64,000 nt of DNA. Source: Chlorokybus atmophyticus. Its lineage: Eukaryota > Plantae > Mesostigma and Chlorokybus algae. This document shows positions 51,194 through 64,000 of this stretch, one piece after another (position 1 is the first letter of the stretch; every line of letters begins with the position of its first letter). The notes under the pieces are model-generated. The model had not been told where the DNA came from. It worked only from the letters and a program-made list of their open reading frames with translations, and did not search any database. The translations under genes were made by a program, and so were the position numbers. The DNA is taken from assembly GCA_009103225.1 (NCBI GenBank), contig RHPI01003369.1, positions 975,490 to 1,039,489 of the forward strand. Direction: 5' to 3'.

Positions 51194-52022
51194 GTGATGG
51201 ACTCAGTCGGGGACTTGAATATGATGCTGAGGGATAAGGGGTTGGGGACTAGGGCGCTAACATCCTGCCCATGCAACACAAGTGAGTACCACGGGTAGTC
51301 AACATAGTGAACAACGCTCGAGGCTTGCATAGCAGTAAACGATTGCACTATAGTACCATCGCCACAACAGAAGCAATTGTCTCGACATGAGCTCTAAGTC
51401 AGTCTCTTATCATGACTTAACTTGTCTGCTGTGCCTACCTACCGGAGTGGGTGCCTTACACTAGCGCGCACAGCTCACACCATCAACATGTCAAACCAAT
51501 GGCACTGTGCTTGCTTCTATACAACTTGAATACATCACAGTAACTAGAAGTAATAGGCCAGGCAGCAATCAAAGAGGACGCAATGCAGTCCACGGCGCTC
51601 ACAGCCTTTGTTACCTGGCAATGCCGCCTCCATAACGATGCGCTCCTACAATTGCTCCCCTTGCACACACCAGCTTGCCAGCGCCTACGACGCCTGCCCC
51701 ACCACCTCTTCCTCGCCTCCAAATTTCTCTATTCCCTCCGCCTCCAGCTATGCCGCCGCCGATGGTGACGACAACGACGACGGGCGTCCACGTTTGCACG
51801 GCTACAGCGTACAAGACGGCTGCGAGCCGTCCGATACACATCCTGGACACAACGTTGACACTACGTTGACCGCGAGATCTCGACCGCGCTCAGCTATCAC
51901 GTGACCCTCGCATGGTCATCTACTTTAACCACGCAATTCACGCCGATATATGTCACAAACGAGATAAACTCAGCACGCACGTGACTTGGCGCTATTTTGG
52001 GGTTATTGTGGACTAGGCTGGT

Positions 52023-52057
<35 letters not shown>

Positions 52058-52189
52058 TGGTGGTGGTGGCGGTGGTGATGGGTGCTGGCGCATGCAGTTG
52101 CGCTGGTGGCGGGAGAGGTTGAACTCAGGACAAGGGGAAGAAGGGCAGGAGCAGGGTGGAGGGGAGAGTTGAGTCGCTGGATGGATGAA

Positions 52190-55100
52190 GGGTGGGGACA
52201 GGTAGGTCGCGCTGCACACCTTAGGGGATGGGATGGGACTAAGGGCCAGTGCGGAGCTGCGCATGCGAAGAAACGCTGTTGAGACTACACGCAAACTGAG
52301 GTTAGTTGAAGCACGTAACTTCATCGTCATAGCTAAAGCACAAGATCAACGGTGTGACAAACTTATGGATCTTCGTCAAGTGAGTGACGGATAATGCTGA
52401 AGGTCATCTCATTGACAACCATACCGGGAACAGGACAAGCTTTCTCGCAAGCAGAAGTAGGGTAAGCAGCAGGCCTTCTTTCTGTAATCTCAAGTGCACA
52501 TACATCATGGCTAATGCATAAGCGTTCCTGTATCGTTGTTGCAAAGCAGCAGTTGGTACAGGAATAGTTTGCTTAAAGGCAAACCGGTCGGTTTCAAGCC
52601 ATGCTCCTGCTAAGGGTTATGACTCATATACATATGCCTTGCAGCAGTCAGACACTTGCTGAGTAATAACCGGATTGTGCTCATGTGCAATGTGCACAAA
52701 CTATGACGCTGCAACATTGCGATAGTGACGGTGTAGCCATCACTGCGCGTCACTGCAAAACACAACACAGCAATCGTACCAGGATTGTGTGTATGTTGAC
52801 TGACTCGCACTTGCAGAGAGTGGACTGAGTTGAAGGCGAAGCGGGAAGCAGTAGAGAGGCGCACTGCGCAGGAGGTCCTCGAGCGCCGAAAGGTGTGCAT
52901 GTCGTTCACTGCAACCATCAGTTGCACCTTCACTTGATAGATTACATGCAGGAATGCCAACACACCAGACAGCTCCTTACATCTACATGTCATGCAGACC
53001 GAGTTGCAAGAGAAGGTTGCTTACATCCGTGAGAGGGGGCTGGTGCTGAGGAGGCAGCGCCAGCAACAGGTGGCAAACAACCAGCAGCAGCAGCACCAAC
53101 AACAACTGCAGCAACAGGTGAGTGAGGCAAAAGAAAGTGTTAGCTTTCACCAATCCTTGGAAAAGTCTGGTGCAATGAATCATCCATTACCAAATCACAA
53201 TACAACAGCACAGAATCTGCGTTTTGCAATATACACCTTTGGCATTGAGAACTTGCTCTGCTGCGTCTTAACAGGACGCTGCGCGGCGCCAGTGGGTTGC
53301 AACTGCACCACCCACAACGGTAGATTTCAAGCAGCCTGCTGCTGCTGCCGTTGCACCTTCACCGGTACTGTCAAAATTCACACAGCATTCAGAGAATCCA
53401 TATATACAGCGCAGTCTTCAGATGCTGCTGTTGCATGGAGCTGATGATGCTCCAGAAGAAGTAACCACTCATGGGTGTGTGCAGGTCCGCGCAGAGTCTG
53501 CACGCATCAACCGGCCTGCAAGCCCTGTTGTGCAGAAGCCGCGGGCTCTGTCGGCTCGAGTGCAGGTGCATGACGCATTCCATCAAGTGCTGTGTGGTCA
53601 TCTGCTGCAAGTGCTTGTGCACGCTACTTACACATTCTCACTGTATGCTATGCAGGGCCAGCCGACCTCTGACCTGTCCACGGAGACACGCGAGGCATAC
53701 CTGGCTGATCGCGCAGCCTGGGTTGAGGACAGCGAGTTCAAGCGGGCAAAGGTGGCCTGGGAGCAGAGCGGCGTGCAAGTTACAGCACACGGGCCTGTGG
53801 CTGCTGCACAGCAGCAGCAGCCGCAGCCGCAGCAGCAAAGACTACTAGATCAACAGCAGCAAGCCAAAGGCATTGGTCCAGAGGTGTCCAGGCCAGGATA
53901 TCAGCAGCTACAGCAGCAGCAGCCGCCGCAGCCGCAGCCGCAGCTGCAGCCGCCGCAAAGCAGCAGACTGGTCCCGGTGCCGCCATATGTGCCTGTGGCG
54001 CCTAGCATTGTCAAACAAGAAAGGGAGCAGCAAACCTTTGCGGCCCGATCAGCAACAACTCAGGGCGTTGCACCTACAGCGAGGCCGGAGCTAGCTGCCA
54101 GGGTTGACGTGGGTGCAGGAGGGCAGGTCAAGCCGCCGACCACAAATCAAGTTGAGAACGCCAGGCCGAGTTCGGCTAACTGGTCTGTTCGGCCAGCCGC
54201 ACCGGAAGACTACGCGCGAGTTGCGGCCGCTGCGCTTGCGAGCAAGCAGCAAACAGTACTCCAAAACGGAAGCGACCCACGCTATAACAACATGCATTCC
54301 AGGTCGCAGTCTGTTCAAGCTATCAGAGAGCCAGAGACAGCCCAAACCACTTTGCGGAGCAGGACTGTGCCTCCAGCAGCAGCAGCAGGCCCGCCCATCC
54401 TGATGCGCTCCAAGACGGAGTTCACAAACCGGCCTGGATCAGCGACAAAGAAGCGGGTCCGGTTTGCGGATGATGTTATGGTATCCACTATGCATGCGCC
54501 CAGCAACACGCGAGGGGAGAACTCCATGCCACAGTGGGAGCAGCCCCAAGCACCAGCACAGGCTCAGGCGCGAGCACAGAACCCGCTGACGCTGTCTACA
54601 ATTGGTCGCGAAGAAGCACAAGTGGTGGCCTCGCTGAACCGCCTGGACATCAACAGGCCCACAACTGCCACGGCTGAGGCCAGTGCCCGCACAGCCAGTG
54701 CGCTCGGTGCAGGTGCCTCTGGATCGCAGTTGAGCTATGGTGGAGAGCGGTGGCAACCAGGTATGCATACACACAATAGCACTGATGTGTGTCTCACGCA
54801 AAGTCCTGTGACCAACCACTGCGTAACCTGCAGGTCCCCCTTCCTTACCTCTTGACCGTTCGGCCGAAGAGGCCCGCATTCTCGCCTCGCTTGCCAGACT
54901 GGACGAAGCACTTGCTGGCCTTAGCAGCAGAGTAAAAGGTGAGTTGAGCGCCTCTTTCTCGCAGTTGCAACCAAGCTGTCAAGAAACAGGCGATGATTGC
55001 TTGTGTTTGCAGGTGGTTTCCTAGGGGGTCCTGGCTCCAACAATTTGCCGTATGCCCCTACGGTTAGTGACGCTGTACCTCGCTTACTCACGACAGCAAA

Positions 55101-55250
55101 CATATTTGCTTCGCCTTGTCATGAATCCCAACCCACACAAGTACACTGAAACTTGTTGTCATGTGCAGCCCCTTCCAACAAGATCAAGAAGGACACATGC
55201 AACGGGCACCACTGGCAGAGGACCCAGGTGGGAAAACATGGTAGAAATCA
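52190..55250 (+). CDS. Hypothetical Gln/Pro-rich coiled-coil protein, multi-exon
   Basis: Coding-like exons with GT-AG ends (EWTELKAKREAVERRTAQEVLERRK; TELQEKVAYIRERG; long exon ~53655-54760) and a repeated EEA..ASL.RLD motif. No family recognised, and the boundaries are uncertain. Confidence 0.55.
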
Positions 55251-55492
55251 GTGACATGCTGCCACGTTAAGAGTGTATATCAGAGTGCTCATACATAGCC
55301 AACAACTGCCAGGTATCGGTGGGACCCCAACAAGGCGCCAAGCTTCAGCATTCTGCGCACAGCCAGCAGAGGAGATGGCTCAAAAGGCGATCAAGGCAGG
55401 ATCACCTACCACGAAAACCCATCCATTATGCTATAAGTTGCTAGATTGTACAGCCACTGCTATCAGCAATGATACATATTGCTGCGTGACCT

Positions 55493-58400
55493 TCATATAG
55501 ACAAGGTTATGGAGAGTTCATATGTGATGAACTCTACTCTGTTGAGCCTACCTGTGTGGCACCAGCTCGTGCGCGGCGTTGGCCTTGTTGGCAGTTCGGA
55601 AATGCAGCTATTGAAACCGATATTTGCTGAATTGCTCACTGGGAGCAGCCTCTTGCGCAGCAGCAGGCCGAGGCCTAAAGGCTGCACCCTTCTTCGTGCG
55701 CCATCGCGCTGCAGGGCCTGCACGTCATTGGTGGCTTGACATTCTCTGGCAATATTACCTTATAACAGTGATGTGTTGCCCCACTTACTTTGGACTGCAG
55801 CTGGTCCCTCGCTAGACTTTCGCATGCGTTTCTGTTGCGCCGAAGCGATTGCTTGGGCTTCAGCCTCATCCAGGAGCGTCAGGTCGTCTATTTCAAACTC
55901 GTCCTCAGCGCAGTCCTCTCTGTCTTCATGCAGCCGCTTGCCACCGCTGGACGGCGGGCTACAGCCGGACATGAAACCTGCAGCCGCATCGTTTGCGGGC
56001 TGCGGTGGTGACCCGCCAGCTCTCCCTTCATTATACTGTGCAATCGCTTGCTGCACGACACCCAAAACCTGGTCGCCGTATTTTGCAATCTTTTGACTGC
56101 CAGCGCATGCCAGGGGTCAGACATTCGTTGAGGCTTATAGCCATATGTCATTGTATCTTGCAATGTGCAATCAACTAATCATTATCTCAGTCACAAAGCC
56201 ATCCTCAGTAACCTGGCAATGCCACCAATCTGCTCCAGCTCTGCTGTAGTCGTAGGGAGCCGTTGACTGATCTCCACCAAGTTCTGGTTCCTGCATCCAA
56301 CAATGAAGTCAGAGTGCATGACATGCAAGTTGTCCACAAGATAGGACTGGGAAAGGGTGCAAGGCGCCAGACAGAGTACTTACGTGAATATAGCATGCGG
56401 CAAGGTATTCGTCAGGGCCTTAGCAATTTCATTGCGCAACTGCTGGAGCTTTGTAAATACAAAATCCGCCAATTCCTGCAACAGGAGGACCAAGTTTTGA
56501 TGTGGACACACACACATGCACCCAAGCACCTACACACCTACACATTCTACCAACAGCTGCAGGAAGGCCTGCTGCAATAGCCCCAGTCTCGGTACCTCAT
56601 TTATTTCCTTCATTGGTGTGCGAGCAGGCTGCGCGTAAGCACCAACAAGGTCATCACCAGCTAACAGGTCAATGACAACCGTATTCTTGGCCGCTGTAGG
56701 GGTAGCTGGGGTAGCTGAAGCTGCATCTGTTCGTGCAACAGGTACAGGTTTTTTACTCCCTGCTGGCGACCTGTGCCGATGCATCGGTGTCAGTTGCAGA
56801 CCGGGATTCACCTGACTTGTCAATGTTGGAGCAAGAGGTATTCATCCAGCTCTACTTACTTGATGAACACTCTAAGTTCACCACGCCGCAAGCGTGACAC
56901 CTTATCAGGATCGAGCTGACCACAGAACATGCAAACCATCAATCCCATGTGGGGTGGTGCAGCTCAATGCATGCCGAGCAATGACAGCATGATGGGACTG
57001 CATACCTGGAGGAAGGAGGTGATTGAACCATATTGGTTGTTCTGCATGCAGTTTTCCCTCAGAATGCGTTCCAGCACCATGTGTCTCAGTATGCGCTCAA
57101 CTTCGTTCTTCCGCCAGTGCTTCCCAACGCCGTACAACTGCAGTTGATTGTGCCCATGCTTTTTCACCTACGAAGTTCACAGTTCATACATTTAAGCCTT
57201 GTGTGCGGTACATTGCCACAGGGTAATTACATGCATGCTTGCAGTTCACCCACCTGCTGCGTGTCAGCTCCCCGAAAGATGTCAAGGATGACTGGCATGG
57301 TAAGTCGCTGCCCTGTGGCCTCTATCAACTCCACCTACACATCATCGTGGTATGTATGGCATACAATCCACGACATAATGTTGAGCGACGACCAACTACC
57401 ACAGGCAAGATAATATTATACAATGCAACAGGCTAATGCAAGTGCTAGCTAGCTAGAGCCATACATCCGCTAGCTGCTGCCCTAACCAATCAGTGCTGGA
57501 CGGGGCTATGGCGCAGTGGGAACAGCAGGTGACACTCACCAGTTGAAGAGCAATTTCAGTGATATCTCGCTGCTCGTATTCCACGTCTCTCCTGCCATGA
57601 GCATGTAAGACAAGTAACACGCATGAACTGGTTCGCATGTGCACAAGCCCATCAGATGTGGCGATCACCGCATACCTGCAGTTGTCGCAGGTTCGCTTGC
57701 ATAGCTGAGGATCAAACTGCTCGCCAAAGTGCGCTAATTGCAGCAACCTTCGGCAATCAACTTCGTTTTCGCAATAGCTTACCTGTTGCAGCATGCGCTT
57801 GGCATCAGCAAAGTCAACCTAACGACATGCAGCCGCTACACTGCTGTCAGTACCTACCATGTCCAAGAGATTCTTCCTATGAACATCAACCAATGCTGGC
57901 TTGACACCCATTTCTTTGGCGCCCTGCAGGATCATGTGCAACAGCCGCATGTGATCACCAAAGCTGTAGTACAGTATGCATTCTGCAGGTCGCCCATCTC
58001 GGCCAGCTCTACCGGACTCCTGATGATACCCCTCCAAGCTTTTCGGCAATGAGTGGTGTATAACGAAGCGGACGTCTGGCTTGTTGATGCCCATGCCAAA
58101 CGCAATAGTCGCACATATAACCTTCACCTGTGATTGCAGATGCGTGCAAGCTGGCGTGTTAGTGTGTCCTGTGTGGACCTGCAGGCCAACGACGTAGTGA
58201 TGCGCAGAATACCTCATCACGACTCCAGCGCAGTTGCACGTCGGCTCTCTGGGTTGCGGGCATCTGGCCATGATAGTAGCCGACTGAAATGCCTCCAAGG
58301 TCATTCAGACTCTGTGCTGTCTTCTCACAGTCGGCACGAGATAAGCAATAGATAATACCAGAATCCTGATTAGAGAAACGTAATGAATTTGAGTCTGCGT

Positions 58401-61400
58401 ACACTTGCAAGCATGTATTGACTCAGTTGGCAGGTGGTGGTGAATACCCGAGGATGGTGCGTCCGAATAAAGTTGTGGATCTCCTCATTCATCTTTTTGG
58501 ACTTCTTCACCACTGAGTAAGTGATGTTTGGGCGGTTGAAGCTTTGGCAAAATGTCACGCAGTTCCTTAACCCAAGTGCCTGCACGCAAGTGGCTGCTGT
58601 CACGCTGCATACTTACTCCAATCCTGAGCGTGTTGGCAACGGTTCCGTTGTAAGATGCAGAGGTGCTGTCATGCCTGTATGCAATCCTCGCGGACACTCA
58701 TTGTGGCAGTCGCTGTCAGGGCCATAATGGAAACCTGCGCAAGATCGGAACAGTCAACATGCGATATGGATTTATAAACAAGGGGAAACACCTGCTTGCA
58801 TACTCACATCTGGAAACTTCTTCTTGAATATGCTCAAGCCCTGGTAGTCCTTGCGAAAGTCGTGTCCCCACTGGCTGATGCAATGGGCCTCGTCAACAAC
58901 AACACGTGAGAGCAGCCCCCTTGAGTGCAGGTTTTCCAAAGCTCGCATGGTCACATCGCTGTGCGCCACCTTTTCAGGCGTAAGGTACAGCATCTTCGTG
59001 TCTGCAGACAACGCCTTCAATATTTCCACAAGACAAACAAAGGTCGCATGGCTGCATGCTCATATGAGCACCTGGTGGCGACTTCGACAGGTCTCGCAGA
59101 ATGTCTTGTTGCTCAATCCATTCTTGCGAGGAATTGAGATACTGGACAGGGACGCCAGCCTGGCGCAGGTGCATTATCTGGTCCTGAATCAGGGACACCA
59201 GTGGTGAAATTACCACCGTCAACCCTTTGCTGCATATAGCTGCCAGTTGGTACGTCAGGCTCTTCCCGCCACCTGCCATATGTTGCCTTATCAGCTTGTA
59301 CCTGTTTTACTGACTCAACAACCACTGGCAGCACGCAATTCCACCATACCAGTTGGCATCATGACGAAACAGTCTCTGCCACTCAATGCTGCATTAATGA
59401 CCTCTTGCTGGTTAGGCCTGAAGCTGAAGTTGCCAAAGTACTGCCGGTTCCGCTGCGCCAGCTCCTTGCTCCACGGAAAACTCTTCTTCCACTCAGCGTG
59501 GTCACCATCATTCTGCAGGCTAAGTCTTCGGCGCTCCCTGCTGTTAGCAGCCTGCTCAGGGCGTGGTGGCGCTGCTGGTGATGATGCGGGTCGGCTGCTG
59601 CTAGCAGCGGGTGTATGGAGAAATGGAGGCTGTTGAGGGACTGCATATGGCATTGTAGAGCTCTGGTTGTATGATGAGCCGGCAGGGCTTGAGTTGTGGC
59701 AGTCCGAGACAGAGCGTTTCAAATAATGCAGTGGGCTTGGTGTGTATGCGGGCGCGTAGCTGGGACTGGGCGCACCTGCTGCTGCTGCGTTGAAACCATA
59801 AGCACTGGGACTGGGCACGCCTGCTGCTATGTTGAAACCATTTGCACTGGGATAAGCGCTTCGTTGCACAGGGCTTGGAGTTTGCGCGGTTGCATAAGGA
59901 GTGGACGGCGCAGGCTTCCATGGCGTGTGCACATGGCCATTCGACTGGCGGTTGTGCAAGGGTGTTGACGATCTTCGCTCAAGTGCGTCCAAGCGCATCT
60001 TCAAAGATTGCCTGCGACAGCAGCGCACCATAATCAGCATTGCGGTTCTAACTGGCAGGGCTCAACTTGCAACGTGTCCTGAATAGATATAAGCAAGCAC
60101 CTTGAGGCCAGTAGTTCACTTCTTTGCAACTCCGTCAACAAGGAGTGCTCGTCTATCAAGCGATCGCAAACGGCTTTGTAACGATCAAACACCTCTTCTT
60201 TGTGCTCATGCGCGTGCTCGCATAGGTGTTCCTGCAGTTACACGCAGTTTGCCAGAGAGCCACGCATGCTTCAACATATGCGGACAGAAGGTTCTACTAC
60301 CACCTCAACTCTACACAGACTGTCACTTACCTGTGCGCCATGATTGCATGCAAAGGCCGAAGGTCCCGGAGTTGGATGTTGCATCTGTGCAGGACTTGAT
60401 CGTGCTTCGGCAACATTGACCCGCACATGTGCAGGGGTACAAGTGTCCGCTTTCTGAGCTCGATGCTGGTCGACCAGCTGGTCAATGTCGAGGTTCTGCA
60501 GAGTACATCACATGGTTTTTCAATTCACATTCAAAGTACGATGATCTGCCGACTCATCTCATAGTGCACACCAATGATAAGTACCGCGAACAGCTCGTCA
60601 TCATCGTCATTGCACACCGGGACCGATGCTTGAGGGCCAGTTGGCTTTGGCCCTCCAGAGACAGGCTGGTGCGAGCCAAAGCCTTGTGGCTGAGGTAAGT
60701 GGTTTGGCTGCCACTGGTTGGATTCCACTGCGGGCTGAGCTGGATAGGTTGGTCTACATGGCTCGTGCTGCTTTGCTTGGAATGTCAGTGGCGCTTTTCC
60801 ACCACCTTGCCAAGCATTGGGAGCCTTGCTGGCTGCCACTCGTGTGGGAAGAACAGACTGTGGAACCGCGGGAACAGGCGACTGCAGCAATTGCAATGCC
60901 TGCAGTAGCATGCAAACGAGTAAGCTGTTGCTGAGTGCAAAGCCACACATGTACGGCAGAACCCAGTAAACAATTCGGAAAGAGCACAGCAAAACACCTT
61001 GATGGCGTCTGCCGTGCTGTTGATGCTTGCTGGCTCAAACCCGCTTGTCCTATCATACAGTACATGGTCAAGTTGGTGAGGTCTGGTAGGCTGAGCATCT
61101 CTTTTATGATCAGCCTAGCAGCAGTCACAGCGCACCTGTGGCGTGCAGTTCCATCAGCTGCTAGCTTGTTCTGGTGCGGCAAAGAGTACACGAAGCCTTC
61201 GAGAACACCCTTTGTTTGCAGCTTCTGCAACTGTTCCGGCAAGTTGTGTCGCGGATTGCCGGCATATGTTGGGTTCGTTGGTGGTGGACAGCCCATGGCC
61301 TCTTCTCATCGGGCAGAAGCTAGCACTGCACGATGCAATCAACTCAACAGCAGCTTCAACCACTACAAGCGCATGCAACAGTTCAGCCATACACAACGAC

Positions 61401-61700
61401 GTTATTGTGCTGGACGGCACTGCGCATTGTTGACTCTGTATTGCGCGTAGTCCACAATATTGCCATACACACGATCACAGCGTGGCTCTATGCTTGCGCT
61501 TGGCGATGGCAACATGGCCACACAGCTTGGTGATGGGACTAGACCGTTGTCAATGAACTGACGGCCAGTAGCTTGCCTATGCAGTTGACTGCCGAAAGGG
61601 AAGCTACTGGCCGTCATTCGCGACGCAATTAACCTAGCTGCTCGACCTCACTTAGCTACGTGGGCAGGTGGCTCACAATGCATCTGCAACAACTGTCCAC
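55493..61700 (-). CDS. RECQ4: RecQ4/BLM/SGS1-type RecQ helicase (helicase core, RQC, HRDC), multi-exon
   Basis: [11 protein letters not shown]; MPTG|GGKSLTYQL; [16 protein letters not shown]; SGIIYCLSR; [19 protein letters not shown]; [10 protein letters not shown]; [12 protein letters not shown]...CDNC; winged-helix exon; HRDC ([11 protein letters not shown]...[11 protein letters not shown]). Ends are approximate. Confidence 0.93.
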
Positions 61701-64000
61701 CAGCAGCGGGCCCGGTTATAACCAATCGGGTTATGCGACGTCAAAGCGGATAATTGACTGCAACACCATCAATCAAGCACATGCAATAATTGCAGCACGG
61801 TTACAATTCAAAAACGTGACAGCGGCATACATCTGTAAGCGAAACACATTCAACACATACAAACCCTGCAGCGCACCACTGAGCACTGGTTTTGCAAAGG
61901 CGCTGTGGACAAGGAGGATGTGCCGTAAGACGACTTGGTGAGCATGTAAATAACAGCAAAACGAGCATGCCATCCTTAGTCGCACATGCTGTAATCAACA
62001 CACATTGGTGCAGACATACCTCGAATTCCACGCCACCACCTTTGGGTTACTCATTTGAGTGCATACACAACATTGTCGGATCTGTGGCACCCATGCTTGC
62101 GTGAGAAGCATCCGTCGCCGCCTTCACCAGCTCCACCGCCATCGCCACTGCCGCCGTCAATGCCGATGCTGCCAGGAGCACTGCTACTGTAGCTCGCAGG
62201 GCGTTCAAAGTGTTGGCGCCATGCTGCTTGTGCAAGATGACACTCTCGTTGTGCGGCACGCTACATTTACATGAGACTTATAAAAGTGGCATGCACAATG
62301 CATGTTGATTATGAGCTCAAAATACACCAGTAGCAATAATGTTCACTGAGTGCAGTGCAGTTGTTGTTTTATCAATTCCATCATACTTTCATTGAATAAT
62401 TAAAAAGCCAGTAATCACCTGTTGATTCGTCTTGCGACATCATAAAGCATTGCGGGTACAGCTACTTACAGTATTTCATAAAGGCGATTTATAACCGTAG
62501 GTCGGTAGCTGATTTAGATTTAACTCCTCAGTTCATACACCTTCCCCCGCTTTTTCACTATTATATCAAGGTTGTATGCAGTCAAAGGGTATGAATAACA
62601 ACAAGTACATTACTACGTACGTAATTAATTATGTAACAATGATGACTTCGCATATACATACAACATGTTAATATTAGCCCTTTCAACCCTTGTATGAAGA
62701 TTGAGATGACTTCATAGAAAGTAAATTAACGAATCAACACCTGTACCATTTTGTTGCTGACGGTGTTAGCATATTTTGTGGCGTTACCCCACCCCCTCAT
62801 CCCCCCTCTCGATCAAACGCTATTGACAATGCAAAATGAAAAGAAGGGGGGGAATGCCATTACACTAAGTTATTGCAAGTGTAACATATGGTATTAAGGG
62901 GTATGTAAATAAAAGAGTCAATTCACTTGAAAAGCAGCAGTTGTTGAAAAACTTGAGTTTGTTAACGCATTCCACAACTTTTGGAGCTGTTGCTGCAGTG
63001 CGGTTTTAACTGTTACATGTTAACGACTTTTTGATTGATTGCCAATAACATGGAAAAATATTATAAGAACCCAACAAGTAAATGATAAACATTTACAACG
63101 CTTTGTCTTTATAACATTTGTTGCCTTGCTTATGTGGTCTAATTGGCGTGTAAGTAGCTAACGCCCGATCTCTATTGTTGCCATGTTGTGGTGCCCAAGC
63201 TTGCTATGCTTTGCGTGCACACGCACATTTGCACTCTCTAGGTTCGCATGCACATGGTTGCTTCTCGCTTGCTGCTTGTGTCACAGCCCACTCGACCATA
63301 GAAGACTTGGTGCTTTTATTGTCGATCTGTGGTTATCTGATGTGCCTTCCCGTTACATTCCCCCCACTTAAGAACGCTGACGTCCTCAGCAGCTGCCCCA
63401 GCAGCGGAGAATCATCCCAGAAGTTTGTTAGGGTCGGTCGCCGGCCCCACTGCCAAGGACCGGTCAACTTAAGCCCATACCGGTCAACGCGTGCCGCTGC
63501 CGGCCCCACAGGTCGCATCGCGACAGGCAGGTCGCGTCCTGACGCCGACTGAACGTCGACGCGAATGCCATTAGGCAAGTCTCGACCCATCGATGATGGC
63601 GCTACTGAACAGTCGGTGTGCCCGAGGGGTTCCGATCAACTCATTTTGACGACATGTTGTGGTGCTTGGACTTTGAGACTGTAGCGATGTCGATGTCAAC
63701 TGAGAGGGAATGTCTTTTTGTCGATACTTTCCCGCGTAAGCCGTCGCTGTGCGTAGACGGCGACGCACGGCATGGTGGAAACCGTCCGCACTCGTTGACG
63801 TCGCTGCGTGGGGTTTGTGACAACGTTTGGGCAGGATGTTGGGCGGGATGGCACGTTGTGTGTTATTCTAAAGGTGTGCCGGTGCAGTGCGGTCGGTATG
63901 GGCCCGGTCGTACGGTCCTCGCGCAGAGTTTAGCGGGAATGACCGGATTGGCCTGTTTTTTGCCGGCTGGAAAATGGAGCAACCCCAAACTTGAGCGAAA

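Noticed and set aside
61150-61260. dsRBD-like stretch in the RecQ N-terminus ([13 protein letters not shown]...FVYSLP)
   Set aside because: Better explained as the plant-type RECQ4 N-terminal motif; the dsRBD C-terminal helix is not evident.

Overview
Intron-rich nuclear DNA from a plastid-bearing, probably flagellated green-lineage alga. The standard code appears to be in use (host genes end in TAA, TAG and TGA). Ordinary spliced host genes: NOA1/RIF1 GTPase, DZIP1-like, OEP21, INTS3, UBP22/USP22, ERO1, plastid RPL29, an HSP20/alpha-crystallin protein, a lipid-anchored SNase-like (CAN-type) protein, a Gln-rich unknown and a RecQ4/BLM-type helicase. Also present: a gypsy fragment and a (CT)n tract containing an assembly gap. 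The notable feature is a ~14-16 kb island between RPL29 and the HSP20 gene (about 30974-44836), bracketed by a ~490 bp diverged direct repeat. On the + strand it carries a decayed TET/JBP-like dioxygenase frame and a decayed, spliced Plavaka transposase. Converging on these from the - strand is a decayed multi-exon unit containing OTU, RING-like, Cys-rich, Tudor and C5 DNA methyltransferase domains. It therefore looks like a large Plavaka-type DNA transposon that carried both a cytosine-methylation writer with a chromatin reader and a 5mC-modifying enzyme. All domain calls are motif recognition by eye without database searches, exon boundaries are approximate, and the element termini are not resolved.
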